A stretch of DNA of 60,881 nt from an archaeon (GTDB taxonomy: Archaea > Methanobacteriota_B > Thermococci > Methanofastidiosales > NM3). Under the pieces are notes generated by a model. That model searched no databases. It was not told where the DNA came from and worked only from the letters and a program-made list of their open reading frames with translations. The stretch is taken from positions 1 to 60,881 of the forward strand of contig RXIG01000011.1 in NCBI GenBank assembly GCA_004212155.1, in the 5' to 3' direction. This document shows positions 18,198-27,730 of this stretch, piece after piece. The position numbers and the translations under genes are program-made. Positions within the stretch are counted from its first letter, which is position 1; every line of letters starts with the position of its first letter.

Positions 18198-18734
18198 TCA
18201 CGTATCGTCATGTGCCCCACCGTTGTTCACGCCAACAACGTTTTTGCCCCGGGCGCAGGGTTCGATGCGCATCTGTGCACCCGGATAGCGCCTCGAGAAC
18301 TCGGCGCCCTTGAAGTACCTGTCGAGGAAGAGTGCCAGCGCAGAGACCTCTGAGTGTGGTTGATTGCCCACGGCGAGGTTATGGGTCGCACGCTGGTAGA
18401 TCTCGGGCGGCACCTTCTCGGCGCCTACAACGATGCACAGGTCGCCTGGAGCATCGCGGACCTCATCCATTGCTTCCTCAAACGGCACGCCATACATCGT
18501 CAGGTGCACCACCGTCCCATCGAACGTCGAGAGGAACGAGCGCCAGGACTTGAACTCGACGGAAAACGAGCCACCCCACGACCTGACGACCGATGCGATG
18601 GTATCGCGGATGCGCTCGTCATCCTCGGAGATCACGATCCTATCGGCGCCAAAGGCACGTGCGACAAGAGCCACATGCGTGGTTATGCGCTTGTCCCGCT
18701 GCGGGCGATGCCCGATGCGAAGTACGGTGATCAT
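18198..18734 (-). CDS. trm56: tRNA (cytidine(56)-2'-O)-methyltransferase
   Basis: VLRIGHRPQRDKRITTHVALVARAFGA, HLTMYG, GAEKVP, GNQPHSEV. Confidence 0.95.
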   Translation of the reverse strand: MITVLRIGHRPQRDKRITTHVALVARAFGADRIVISEDDERIRDTIASVVRSWGGSFSVEFKSWRSFLSTFDGTVVHLTMYGVPFEEAMDEVRDAPGDLCIVVGAEKVPPEIYQRATHNLAVGNQPHSEVSALALFLDRYFKGAEFSRRYPGAQMRIEPCARGKNVVGVNNGGAHDDT

Positions 18735-18765
18735 ATGCTATCGAAGGAACAGGCCCATATAAATC

Positions 18766-19983
18766 TCACGTTGATAGCGGGCGCACCTTCGTGCCCAGCA
18801 CCATCACGAGTGCCATCGACACGGCCAGGACCATCGACACGCCAAAGATCAGCGCGTATCCGTCAAGGCCAAAAAAGATCCCCATGAGGACCGGCCCGAT
18901 ACTTTGCCCAACGCGAAGCGTCGACGAATAGAGCGCCGATATGGCGCCTCGCGAATCGGACGATATCACCTCGATGATGACGTGCTGCAGCGAAGGGATG
19001 TTGGCACCCTGCCCGATGCCATAGATTAACACCGCGACAAGGCCCTGCCAGATGGCCGTCATCTGCCACATTATCGCCAGTCCAGCGGCATAACAGCCAA
19101 ACCCGAATATGATGGGAAGGTCGTTTCCAAAGCGGGTGATGAGCCGGCCCGCCTGGGACGATACGATGGCAGTCGAGACCGACATGCACGAGAGCACGAC
19201 ACCAATCTCAAACGAGCTCGCCCCGAAGGAATCATCAAGGAACTGCGTGAAGAACGTGAGGTATGACCCGTAGAGCAGTATGAACGTCATGACCGCGGCG
19301 GCAAGGTAGAGCATCAGCCGAAGCGAGGAGATATCGTCTTTTACCTCGCGAAGATAGGTGCGAAACGACGTGGGCCGCTCAGGTCCGTCGATGTCGAGGA
19401 AAAGCAGTATGGCGATGCCGATGGGGATGGCGACGAGGAAGACGTAGAACGGATAATACCAGCCGAACGTGGCAAGTATCCCGCCGATGAACGGATAGGT
19501 CGCCGTGCCTACCGAGAGCACGCTTCCGTTGTATCCCATGGCAGCAGCACGCTCGTCTCCCGTGAAGACGTCGCCGATAAGCGCCATCGAAAGCGTCGAC
19601 AGCCCCGCGGCGGCGGCGCCCTGAATGAAGCGAAGCGCAAGGATCGTCATGAACGATGTGGAAAACGCGATCGTGGTGCCGGAGATGCCAAAGAGCAGAA
19701 GCGATGAAACGGTCAGCGTACGGCGGCCGTACGTGTCCGAGAGCACGCCGATGAGTGGGCTCATCACGATGCCTGGCACGGTGAACATGGTGACAAGCAG
19801 GCCCACCTGCGTCTCGGAGAGGCCCAGTTGCCCCCTGATGAGCGGGAACGCGGGCGTGATGATCGAAACGCCGATCACCGCCATGAGCGTGACGCCAAAG
19901 ATCAGCTGCAGTCGTCGGTCTCGGTATACTGCCATGGTGTCGCCCACGGCGCCATTGGAACGACGGTATAAAGGTGTTTTCAT
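18766..19983 (-). CDS. MFS transporter
   Basis: Motif A GVLSDTYGRR; LRFIQG; about 12 hydrophobic helices. Confidence 0.9.
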   Translation of the reverse strand: MKTPLYRRSNGAVGDTMAVYRDRRLQLIFGVTLMAVIGVSIITPAFPLIRGQLGLSETQVGLLVTMFTVPGIVMSPLIGVLSDTYGRRTLTVSSLLLFGISGTTIAFSTSFMTILALRFIQGAAAAGLSTLSMALIGDVFTGDERAAAMGYNGSVLSVGTATYPFIGGILATFGWYYPFYVFLVAIPIGIAILLFLDIDGPERPTSFRTYLREVKDDISSLRLMLYLAAAVMTFILLYGSYLTFFTQFLDDSFGASSFEIGVVLSCMSVSTAIVSSQAGRLITRFGNDLPIIFGFGCYAAGLAIMWQMTAIWQGLVAVLIYGIGQGANIPSLQHVIIEVISSDSRGAISALYSSTLRVGQSIGPVLMGIFFGLDGYALIFGVSMVLAVSMALVMVLGTKVRPLST

Positions 19984-19992
19984 GATTGCCCC

Positions 19993-20220
19993 TCATTTCT
20001 TTATGGGGGCACGTGGCTTGAAGTGGTTGCACCAGCCCATGGACGATACGCTGCGTTTCCACAACGAACATGTGCCAAGGTCGCAGGTCGTTGGGGTGAA
20101 GTAGACGCAGTCCGCGCAACGCTCGCCATACGGCAAAGAGGGATGTGGTGCACGGCCACTTCCGCGGCGGCGGCCCCGGATGTCCTCATCGTTGGTGTGG
20201 GGAATGTCGGGATGGCCCAT
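19993..20220 (-). CDS. Small HiPIP-like Cys protein
   Basis: C-x2-C-x2-F...C-x-L...V-x3-GWC-x2-F pattern; TATA at 20242-20250 favours a leaderless start at 20220. Confidence 0.55.
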   Translation of the reverse strand: MGHPDIPHTNDEDIRGRRRGSGRAPHPSLPYGERCADCVYFTPTTCDLGTCSLWKRSVSSMGWCNHFKPRAPIKK

Positions 20221-20376
20221 GAAACTGGATGTGAAAGACATCTATAAATAATACGCGGATGGCGCCATGCCGGCATGGTCGCGTAAAACTGCCGTTGCGT
20301 GTCAGAAACGGGGAAAACACGATAAATCAAAAGGTTTATATAAATTCTAGAGATAATGGGGGGTGGCGAGGGGGCT

Positions 20377-20577
20377 ATGATTAAGGTAAAAAAGGAGTAC
20401 TGCAAGGGATGCGGGTATTGTACGCTCGTGTGTCCCACGGGCTCGATCAAGATGCCAGAGGAACTCGACAAGGAAGGCAAGCGCATACCCATGGTCGTCG
20501 ACGAGGACACGTGCAAGAAATGCCACCTATGTGAGCTCTCATGTCCTGATTTTGCCATCTCAGTGGAGGAAGATTAG
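20377..20577 (+). CDS. korD: 2-oxoacid:ferredoxin oxidoreductase delta (2[4Fe-4S]) subunit
   Basis: CKGCGYCTLVCP and CKKCHLCELSCPDFAI; first gene of the operon. Confidence 0.88.
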   Translation: MIKVKKEYCKGCGYCTLVCPTGSIKMPEELDKEGKRIPMVVDEDTCKKCHLCELSCPDFAISVEED

Positions 20578-21726
20578 ATGGATGTCAACAACGTGCTCGG
20601 TCCGTCCCAGCAGTTCATACAGGGCGACAAGGCGTGCGTCTATGGTGCCCTGCTCGCCGGATGCCGCTTCTTCGCAGGCTATCCCATTACGCCGGCCACC
20701 GAGATTGCCGAGGAGATGTCGCGCCTGCTTCCGCGCCTTGGCGGGACCTACCTTCAGATGGAGGATGAGATCGCATCGATAGCTGCCATCATAGGCGCCT
20801 CGTGGACAGGCACCAAGACGATGACGGCGACGTCGGGCCCCGGATTCTCGCTCATGCAGGAAAACATAGGGTATGCGATCATGACCGAGACGCCGTGCGT
20901 CATCGTCAACGTACAGCGGGGCGGCCCCTCGACCGGACAGCCGACGATCCCGTCACAGGGAGACGTCATGCAGGCAAGATTCGGCTCTCACGGCGATTAC
21001 GAGATTATCACGCTCTGCCCATCGAGCGTTCAGCAGACGCTTGAGCAGATGATACGTGCGTTCAATTTGGCAGAGAAGTACCGGACGCCCGTGATACTCC
21101 TCACAGATGCGGCGATCGGACATATGAGGGAACGCATCACGATACCCGCCAATCCGCTCGTGGTAACGCGTGACTACGTCGACATCGACTATAACGACTA
21201 CAAGCCGTTCCGGACGGGATATTTGCATGCGACCAAGATCCCCGAGTTCGCACCGTTTGGCTCGAAGTACAACACGTACGTGACGGGCCTTACCCACAAC
21301 GATGACGGGCACCCCATCACCGACGACTGGAACGTCCATGCCAAGCTCATCAAACGCATCACGTCAAAGCTCACCGACAACATGGAAGACATCTACGACA
21401 TCGATACGCGCTATACCGATTATGCCGAGATAGCCGTCGTGTCTTACGGCATCTCTGCACGCCCCGCGCTCGAGGCGGTCTACATGGCACAGCGCCTCGG
21501 ACGTGACGTGGCATACATCAATCTCACCACGCTCTGGCCGTTCAACTATGAATATTTCTCAGAATTATCAAAACGTGTCGACAAGATCGTCGTCGTCGAG
21601 ATGAACATCGGCAGCATCTATCACTGCGTGAGGGAGGCAACGAGCGGACGCTGCGACGTCGTGCTCGTATCATCGCTTGGCGGACGCGTGTCGACCCCGA
21701 AGGACATATGGGAGGAGATCAAGTGA
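20578..21726 (+). CDS. korA: 2-oxoacid (likely 2-oxoglutarate):ferredoxin oxidoreductase alpha subunit
   Basis: AGYPITPATE, QMEDEIAS, TATSGPGFSLMQE, QRGGPSTGQPT. Confidence 0.9.
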   Translation: MDVNNVLGPSQQFIQGDKACVYGALLAGCRFFAGYPITPATEIAEEMSRLLPRLGGTYLQMEDEIASIAAIIGASWTGTKTMTATSGPGFSLMQENIGYAIMTETPCVIVNVQRGGPSTGQPTIPSQGDVMQARFGSHGDYEIITLCPSSVQQTLEQMIRAFNLAEKYRTPVILLTDAAIGHMRERITIPANPLVVTRDYVDIDYNDYKPFRTGYLHATKIPEFAPFGSKYNTYVTGLTHNDDGHPITDDWNVHAKLIKRITSKLTDNMEDIYDIDTRYTDYAEIAVVSYGISARPALEAVYMAQRLGRDVAYINLTTLWPFNYEYFSELSKRVDKIVVVEMNIGSIYHCVREATSGRCDVVLVSSLGGRVSTPKDIWEEIK

Positions 21727-22529
21727 TATCTAACACCGAGCTCGATGAGAAGTATCTGAGAAAGGGCATGATGCCCTCGATCCTATGCGCGGGATGCGGC
21801 AACGGCATCGTGCTGAACGCAACGCTTCGCGCGATCGACAAGCTCGGGATGGACATCGACAACATGGTCTTCGTCTCGGGCATAGGGTGCTCCTCTCGGC
21901 TCAACGGATATATCAAGGCGGACGCGCTTCATGCGACGCACGGGCGCGCCATCGCGTTTGCCACCGGCATCAAGGCGGCCAACCCCGATCTCGACGTCGT
22001 TGTCTTCACCGGAGACGGCGACTGTGCAGGCATCGGCGGAAACCACCTCCTCCACGGCATCAGGAGGAACATCGGCATCACGGTTATCACCATCAACAAC
22101 TACACCTACGGCATGACGGGGGGCCAGTTCTCCCCCACTACGCCCCAGACGTCGCGTTCGACGACATCGCCGTTTGGCACCATCGAACATCCTTTTGACC
22201 TCTCCCGCATCGTCGTCTCCGCCGGTGCGCCCTATGTGGCGCGATGGACCGTGGCACATCCCGTCCAGCTCCAAAAGGCGATCCGCAAGGGATTGGATAA
22301 GAAGGGATTCTCATTCATCGAAGTGCTCTCGCCGTGTCCCACCTCATACTGGCGCCGCAACAAGGTCTACTCGCTTGAGAGTGTGTATCAGTGGTACAAG
22401 GACAACACCGTATCGCTCACGAAGGCTGACGATCACCCCGAAAAGATCACGATCGGCGAGTTCTACGATGGCGAGAAGGCGGAATGGACCGAGCTCTGGA
22501 AGAGCCTCGTCGGACAGGTGAGGGTATGA
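21723..22529 (+). CDS. korB: 2-oxoacid:ferredoxin oxidoreductase beta subunit
   Basis: CAGCG, SGIGCS, HGRA, GDGD...IGGNH, YGMTGGQ; GTG start overlaps the korA stop. Confidence 0.9.
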   Translation: MISNTELDEKYLRKGMMPSILCAGCGNGIVLNATLRAIDKLGMDIDNMVFVSGIGCSSRLNGYIKADALHATHGRAIAFATGIKAANPDLDVVVFTGDGDCAGIGGNHLLHGIRRNIGITVITINNYTYGMTGGQFSPTTPQTSRSTTSPFGTIEHPFDLSRIVVSAGAPYVARWTVAHPVQLQKAIRKGLDKKGFSFIEVLSPCPTSYWRRNKVYSLESVYQWYKDNTVSLTKADDHPEKITIGEFYDGEKAEWTELWKSLVGQVRV

Positions 22530-23074
22530 AACACGAGGTCCGCATCGCAGGAAGGGGCGGACAGGGCATCCTCCTAACAGGCGTCGTCCTGGGAAAGGCG
22601 GCAACGATCTTCGATGGAAAGATGGCCACGCAGATGCAGTCCTACGGGCCCGAGGCGCGCGGCGGTGCGTCCAAGACCGACGTCGTCATATCCGACGACC
22701 CCATCAACTACCCGTTCATACTCATGGCAGACGTATTCGTCGCCCTGTCGGCGCCCGCCTACCAGAAATATCGCCGCGAGGTAAAAAAGGACTCGCTAAG
22801 CTATGTCGACCCCCAGCAGGTCCCCTCATACAGCACCCGGTGCGTCGAGATACCCGCAATGTCGCTTGCGCTCGAGCTTGGTGCCGAGATCGTGACCAAC
22901 ATGGTGATGCTTGGCGCCGTGACAACGCATGCATCCCTCGTGTCGTTTGAAGCCCTTTCAAAGGCGATCACATCGTCGGTGGCTCCCGACTACGTCGACC
23001 TCAACATACGCGCCATAGGGAAGGGAAGGGACTATGTGGAACACCACCTGATAGAGGAGAACAAGAATGTCTGA
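22526..23074 (+). CDS. korC: 2-oxoacid:ferredoxin oxidoreductase gamma subunit
   Basis: AGRGGQG, SYGPEARGGAS, NMVMLGA. Confidence 0.9.
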   Translation: MKHEVRIAGRGGQGILLTGVVLGKAATIFDGKMATQMQSYGPEARGGASKTDVVISDDPINYPFILMADVFVALSAPAYQKYRREVKKDSLSYVDPQQVPSYSTRCVEIPAMSLALELGAEIVTNMVMLGAVTTHASLVSFEALSKAITSSVAPDYVDLNIRAIGKGRDYVEHHLIEENKNV

Positions 23075-23516
23075 TGAAGCATGTAAATTCTACTTCGGAC
23101 CGCAAGACGACAAGACCGACGAGGACATACGTCGCATACTTGCCCATGACCGCATCGCCATCGTGGGGCTTTCTGACAATCCTCAAAAGGACTCCAACGC
23201 CGTGGCGCGCTACCTCATCGACCACGGCTACGACATCGTTCCCGTGAATCCGAACCACGAGACGATACTCGGTCTGCGCTCGTATCCATCGCTTCGCGAC
23301 GTTCCAGGACCGGTCGACATCGTGAACGTTTTTCGCCGCCCAGATGCCGTTTTTCCCATCGTGGAAGATGCGATAGGCATTGGCGCCCGCGTCGTCTGGC
23401 TGCAACTGCAGGTCGTCAATCAGGACGCCTATGACAAAGCGGAATCCGCAGGGCTCGAGGCGGTCATGAACCGCTGCATCAAGGTCGAGCACGCACGATT
23501 GAAGACGTCTGATTAA
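23067..23516 (+). CDS. CoA-binding protein (YccU-like)
   Basis: IAIVGLS, PVNP, DIVNVFR, VWLQ, MNRCIKVEH. Confidence 0.88.
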   Translation: MSDEACKFYFGPQDDKTDEDIRRILAHDRIAIVGLSDNPQKDSNAVARYLIDHGYDIVPVNPNHETILGLRSYPSLRDVPGPVDIVNVFRRPDAVFPIVEDAIGIGARVVWLQLQVVNQDAYDKAESAGLEAVMNRCIKVEHARLKTSD

Positions 23517-24067
23517 TCACCTTCATCGCCGCCGTCATCATCCTGGTCGTCGGCCTGTTCCTCATATCTGTCATGGTCATCCTCCCATTGCGTGTCCCTG
23601 TCCGTGTCGCGCCTGCGCCGCTCTTCTTTTGAGAGCTTTCGTTCCTCCATAAACAGCGTGAGCCCGCACAGTATCGCGCCCGCCCATCCGACATAGAATC
23701 CGGACCCAAGTGACGATAGGCCAGCCGTCCCGTCACGATAGAGGGGAATGAGGGTGAGGATGATCATCGCCGCAGGGCCGGCAAGCGAACCGCCGCGTAT
23801 ATGGAGCACCCCGAGGATGCCGCCTATGAAGAGGAGGAAGAACGAGGCGATGACAAGGCCGAGTATGAACCCCGACGTGCCATAGCTCGGGCCGATCTGC
23901 AAAAGGAGCGCCTCGAGATAATCATAATCATTAAGATGCGCCAACACGTCACGCATGAGGGAAAAAAGCGATTCAGAGGCCCACGTTTCATATCCGTAGG
24001 GGAGAAACGACGCCACGACTAAAAGCAAGCCACCAACGGCACTCATGGGTCTTCGTACATCCATCAT
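23513..24067 (-). CDS. Hypothetical membrane protein with acidic C-terminal tail
   Basis: About four hydrophobic segments; D/E-rich tail. Confidence 0.6.
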   Translation of the reverse strand: MMDVRRPMSAVGGLLLVVASFLPYGYETWASESLFSLMRDVLAHLNDYDYLEALLLQIGPSYGTSGFILGLVIASFFLLFIGGILGVLHIRGGSLAGPAAMIILTLIPLYRDGTAGLSSLGSGFYVGWAGAILCGLTLFMEERKLSKEERRRRDTDRDTQWEDDHDRYEEQADDQDDDGGDEGD

Positions 24068-24120
24068 TACACCTGATCCACTTTTTCGCGAATGAATAAA
24101 TACATTGCGGGAGGAAGGCC

Positions 24121-24693
24121 TTATTCAAACTCGATTGTACCATCGGGGTGCATTTTCCTGATGCGTAAGAGTGAATGGATGGGTACGTCCTCTCGCTCAA
24201 AACGAGACCTGCCGTCCAAAAAGACCTTCTCAATGGCAGCGCCGATGCCAACGAGCGCGGCGCCTGAGGCGTCGACGATGTCACAGAGCGCCTTGATCGT
24301 ATGCCCCCATGCGATGAAATCATCGATGATGACGACCCTGTCGGAGGGCAAGAGGAACGGTCGCTTGACGATGAGCTCCATCACCTGCTCCGTCGTCGCA
24401 GAGCGCGCAGTGCCGCGATAGACGTCGCCGCCCATTGTCGACGGTTTCGTCTTTCGCGCATAGACGACGGGTATGCCAAGATGCATACCGGTTGCAAGCG
24501 CTGGTGGGATGCCCGAGACCGCGGCGGTCAAGACCTTGGTGGGCCCGCATTCCTCGAATATGCCGGCAAACGCGCGGCCCATCTCATCAAGCAGCACCGT
24601 GTCGACCTGATGATTGAGAAACGAGTTGACGATGAGGATGCGTTCCGAGAGGACGACCCCCCGTTCGCGAATGGCATCCTTGAGCGATTCCAT
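24121..24693 (-). CDS. xpt: Xanthine phosphoribosyltransferase
   Basis: VNSFLNHQVD, YARKTKP, PRPP loop VIIDDFIAWG, IEK..LDGR; follows guaA. Confidence 0.85.
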   Translation of the reverse strand: MESLKDAIRERGVVLSERILIVNSFLNHQVDTVLLDEMGRAFAGIFEECGPTKVLTAAVSGIPPALATGMHLGIPVVYARKTKPSTMGGDVYRGTARSATTEQVMELIVKRPFLLPSDRVVIIDDFIAWGHTIKALCDIVDASGAALVGIGAAIEKVFLDGRSRFEREDVPIHSLLRIRKMHPDGTIEFE

Positions 24694-24701
24694 GTGCACA
24701 C

Positions 24702-26213
24702 CTAGCACGGTTCTATCGTCTGGGGCGGTTTGTGGGAGATGAAGTATGAAACCGAGACGACGTCCTCGATCTCGTTGGTGATACGCGTGCTGATGCGTTC
24801 GAGCAGGTCCCATGGGAGTTTCACAAAGTTTGCCGTCATCGCATCGACCGACTGTACGACGCGAAGTCCGACGACACGACCAAACCGGCGCTGGTCGCCA
24901 ACGACGCCGACGATACGGTCCTCGAAGAGCACGGCAAACGATTGCCATACCTGCTGGTACCATCCGGCGGAGCGCAGCTCGTCATCAAGGATCGCCGACG
25001 CCTCGCGCACAATGCGAATGTTGTCGTCAGTGACGGGACCCGTGATACGCACCGCAAGGCCTGGTCCTGGGCACGGGTGCTGATTGACCACCGAATCGGG
25101 AAGCCCGAGTTTTGCTCCCACCACGCGCACCTCGTCCTTGTAGAGCTCACGCAGCGGCTCGACGAGGCCGGAAAAGTCGAGCGTCTCGGGAAGGCCCCCC
25201 ACGTTGTGATGCGACTTGATCGTATCTGCATTGTTGGTGGAGCCGCTCTCGATGACGTCGGGATAGATCGTGCCCTGCACGAGATAGGTGGCGCCGACCT
25301 TCTTTGCTTCCTCCTCAAAGACCTTGATGAACTCGTTGCCGATGATCTTGCGCTTCTCCTCGGGGTCGGCGATGCCCTCAAGCTTGGAGAAGAACCGGTC
25401 CTTGGCATCGATGACGATGAGATTGAGCGAGTCCCCGAACGTCTTTTCGACAAACGCGCGCTCATGCTTTCGCAGCAGGCCATGGTCGACGAAGATGGCA
25501 TGCAGGCGCTTTCCAAGCACGTTGGCCGCAAGCATTGCTGCAACGGACGAGTCGACACCGCCTGAGAGCGCGATGATGGCCTTCTCTTTGCCGATGACAT
25601 CGGCGATGCGACGCTGTGTCTGTTCGATGAAGTCCTCCATCGTCCAGTCGCGGTCGATACCCGCGATGGTAAGGAAGTTATCGAGCACCTTGAGGCCATG
25701 GGGCGTGTGATTGACCTCTGGATGGAACTGCAGCGCGAAGAACGGAAGCCTGTCGTGGCGTATCGCGGCGGGAACGTCGTGTGAGGTGGCGATGATCGAG
25801 AAACCATCGGGCAGGCGTTCCACCGAATCGCCGTGGCTCATCCATGCCTGTTCCCGTCTGTCCATGTCAAAGAAGAGCGGGTCATCTGTCGTAGTGATGG
25901 TCGCGATGCCGTACTCGCGGCGTCCCTTGCCAACCGCGCCGCCGAAGAAGTGAACAAGGTGGTGCATGCCGTAGCAGATGCCAAGCGTGGGTATCCCCTT
26001 GTCGCGAAGATGATTGATAAGCGCATCGTTTCGCGGCGCGTTGGCATCGTAGACGCTCGCAGGGCCGCCCGAGAGGATGACCGCATCGGCGGTGACCTCC
26101 TCTGGTCGCACCGAGCTCTCGCGGACCTCTGAATAGACGTTGAGCTGGCGTATGCGCCGGGCGATGAGATGCGTGTACTGACTTCCGAAATCTACCACTA
26201 AAACAGTGCCCAT
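24702..26213 (-). CDS. guaA: GMP synthase (glutamine-hydrolysing), single-chain
   Basis: DFGSQY, GICYG, QFHPEV, LSGGVDS, IKSHHNVGG, KPPQTIE. Confidence 0.96.
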   Translation of the reverse strand: MGTVLVVDFGSQYTHLIARRIRQLNVYSEVRESSVRPEEVTADAVILSGGPASVYDANAPRNDALINHLRDKGIPTLGICYGMHHLVHFFGGAVGKGRREYGIATITTTDDPLFFDMDRREQAWMSHGDSVERLPDGFSIIATSHDVPAAIRHDRLPFFALQFHPEVNHTPHGLKVLDNFLTIAGIDRDWTMEDFIEQTQRRIADVIGKEKAIIALSGGVDSSVAAMLAANVLGKRLHAIFVDHGLLRKHERAFVEKTFGDSLNLIVIDAKDRFFSKLEGIADPEEKRKIIGNEFIKVFEEEAKKVGATYLVQGTIYPDVIESGSTNNADTIKSHHNVGGLPETLDFSGLVEPLRELYKDEVRVVGAKLGLPDSVVNQHPCPGPGLAVRITGPVTDDNIRIVREASAILDDELRSAGWYQQVWQSFAVLFEDRIVGVVGDQRRFGRVVGLRVVQSVDAMTANFVKLPWDLLERISTRITNEIEDVVSVSYFISHKPPQTIEPC

Positions 26214-26238
26214 ATAACCACGTTCATTGTAATAGAGA

Positions 26239-26254
26239 AAACTTTAAAAAGTTT
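26239..26254. promoter_or_regulatory. Palindrome AAACTTT-AA-AAAGTTT in the 54-bp divergent guaA / HTH-PRTase promoter
   Basis: Perfect 7-bp inverted repeat containing TATA-like TTTAAA usable on both strands. Confidence 0.5.
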
Positions 26255-26267
26255 ATTAGTCACAAAT

Positions 26268-26987
26268 ATGCTTATGAATATGCTAGAGAGCATGAAGTAC
26301 AGGATGCGTGCGGTGCAAGTGCTCAAGATGCTCAAGCGGTGGTACACCTACAACGAGCTCTCTAGGCAACTTGACCTTCCGACCACTGTGCTCAATCGCT
26401 ACATCATGGGGCGCGTGCTTCCCAACGAAGAGCGTGCACGCGAGTTCATAGCGTTCTATGAGTCCCACTTCAAGCTCGAGGACGAGATCCTCAAGCGCAT
26501 CAACTTCGACGAGTACGGTTACTTCGACAACTCGAGCATCCTCTACGATACGCAACTTCTAAACAGTATCGCCACGAGGGCGCTCGAACGGTTCGAGAAC
26601 GTCAACAAGGTCCTTACCTCCGAGACTGACGGCATCCCCATCGCATGCCACGTTGCACAGGCGTTTGATGTCGACATGGTGTTTACCAGGAAGGAAAAGG
26701 AAGTGGGAAGGCTCGACTACGTCGAGGAGACCTACATCCCGTCGTCGATGGGCAAGCTCATGTCGCTCTACCTGCCAAAGCGTTCGGTGAAGAAGGGAGA
26801 GCGCCTCCTCATCGTCGACGATGTCATTCGCAGCGGTGAGACGCAGCGGGCCCTGCTCCGGCTCGCCAAGAAGATGAACGCCGAGATCGCCGGCCTCTTC
26901 GGTGTCGTCTCCATCGGCGAGAAGGGCACGAAGGCGCTCGAGAACGAGCTCGATCCTGACAAGCTCGAGATATTGGTGAAGTTATGA
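26268..26987 (+). CDS. HTH-phosphoribosyltransferase fusion (PurR-like regulator / APT-like)
   Basis: N-terminal HTH 'YTYNELSRQLDLPTTVLNRYIMGRVLP'; PRPP motif LIVDDVIRSGET. Confidence 0.8.
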   Translation: MLMNMLESMKYRMRAVQVLKMLKRWYTYNELSRQLDLPTTVLNRYIMGRVLPNEERAREFIAFYESHFKLEDEILKRINFDEYGYFDNSSILYDTQLLNSIATRALERFENVNKVLTSETDGIPIACHVAQAFDVDMVFTRKEKEVGRLDYVEETYIPSSMGKLMSLYLPKRSVKKGERLLIVDDVIRSGETQRALLRLAKKMNAEIAGLFGVVSIGEKGTKALENELDPDKLEILVKL

Positions 26988-27730
26988 TCCCGCTCGAGAT
27001 CAAGGCGGTCGCCGACCAGGCGCCGTCAGTGACGACACTCTTTTTTGACAAGGAGATAGGCACGATTCCCGGCCAGTTCGGCATGTTCTGGCTGCCTGAT
27101 GTCGGGCAGCGCCCCATGTCATTTTCCCGAAGCGACGCCATCACCGTACGGGTGGTGGGCCCGTTCTCGCAAGCGCTCGCCTCGCTTGAGCCGGGGGACG
27201 TGATATCGATGGAGGGCCCCTATGGCAACGGATTCTCGCTCTCTGGAGGCAGGGTGCTCCTCATCGGCGGAGGATTCGGCATCGCCCCCTTGCGCTTCCT
27301 GGCGCAACGATGCCACGAGAGGGGCGCCCGCGTGACGACGATGCTTGGGTTTCGCTGCCAGGACGACCTGTTCTTCGAAGAGGAAATGAGCTCGTACGGC
27401 GACGTATGGGTCGCCACCGAGGACGGTAGCTGCGGCTACGAGGGGCTCGTGTCATGCCTCTTCGAACAGGTCGGATACGACTTCGACCAGGCGTACTGCT
27501 GCGGTCCTGAACCGATGATGAAGGCCGTGCTCGACCACTACCGCGACCGCGTGCCGCTCCAGCTGCTGCTTGAACGCTACATGAAGTGCGGCATGGGGCT
27601 TTGCGGCTCGTGCGAGATCGACGGCATGCTCGTATGCAAGGACGGGCCCGTCTTCACCCCCGACCAGCTCGGACCGTCGTTTGGCGCGTGCAAGCGCGAC
27701 AAAACAGGACGATTGATCCCGCTGGGGTGA
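26984..27730 (+). CDS. pyrK: Dihydroorotate dehydrogenase electron-transfer subunit
   Basis: PGQF, RPMS, GPYGNGF, GGGFGIAP, CGPEPMM, MKCGMGLCGSC...CKDGPVF. Confidence 0.88.
   Translation: MIPLEIKAVADQAPSVTTLFFDKEIGTIPGQFGMFWLPDVGQRPMSFSRSDAITVRVVGPFSQALASLEPGDVISMEGPYGNGFSLSGGRVLLIGGGFGIAPLRFLAQRCHERGARVTTMLGFRCQDDLFFEEEMSSYGDVWVATEDGSCGYEGLVSCLFEQVGYDFDQAYCCGPEPMMKAVLDHYRDRVPLQLLLERYMKCGMGLCGSCEIDGMLVCKDGPVFTPDQLGPSFGACKRDKTGRLIPLG

Noticed and set aside
24836-25807. 323-aa alternative-frame ORF inside guaA, and similar shadow ORFs such as 51176..52066 and 9086..9811
   Set aside because: S/R/T-rich or antisense by-products of GC-rich codon usage, with no motifs
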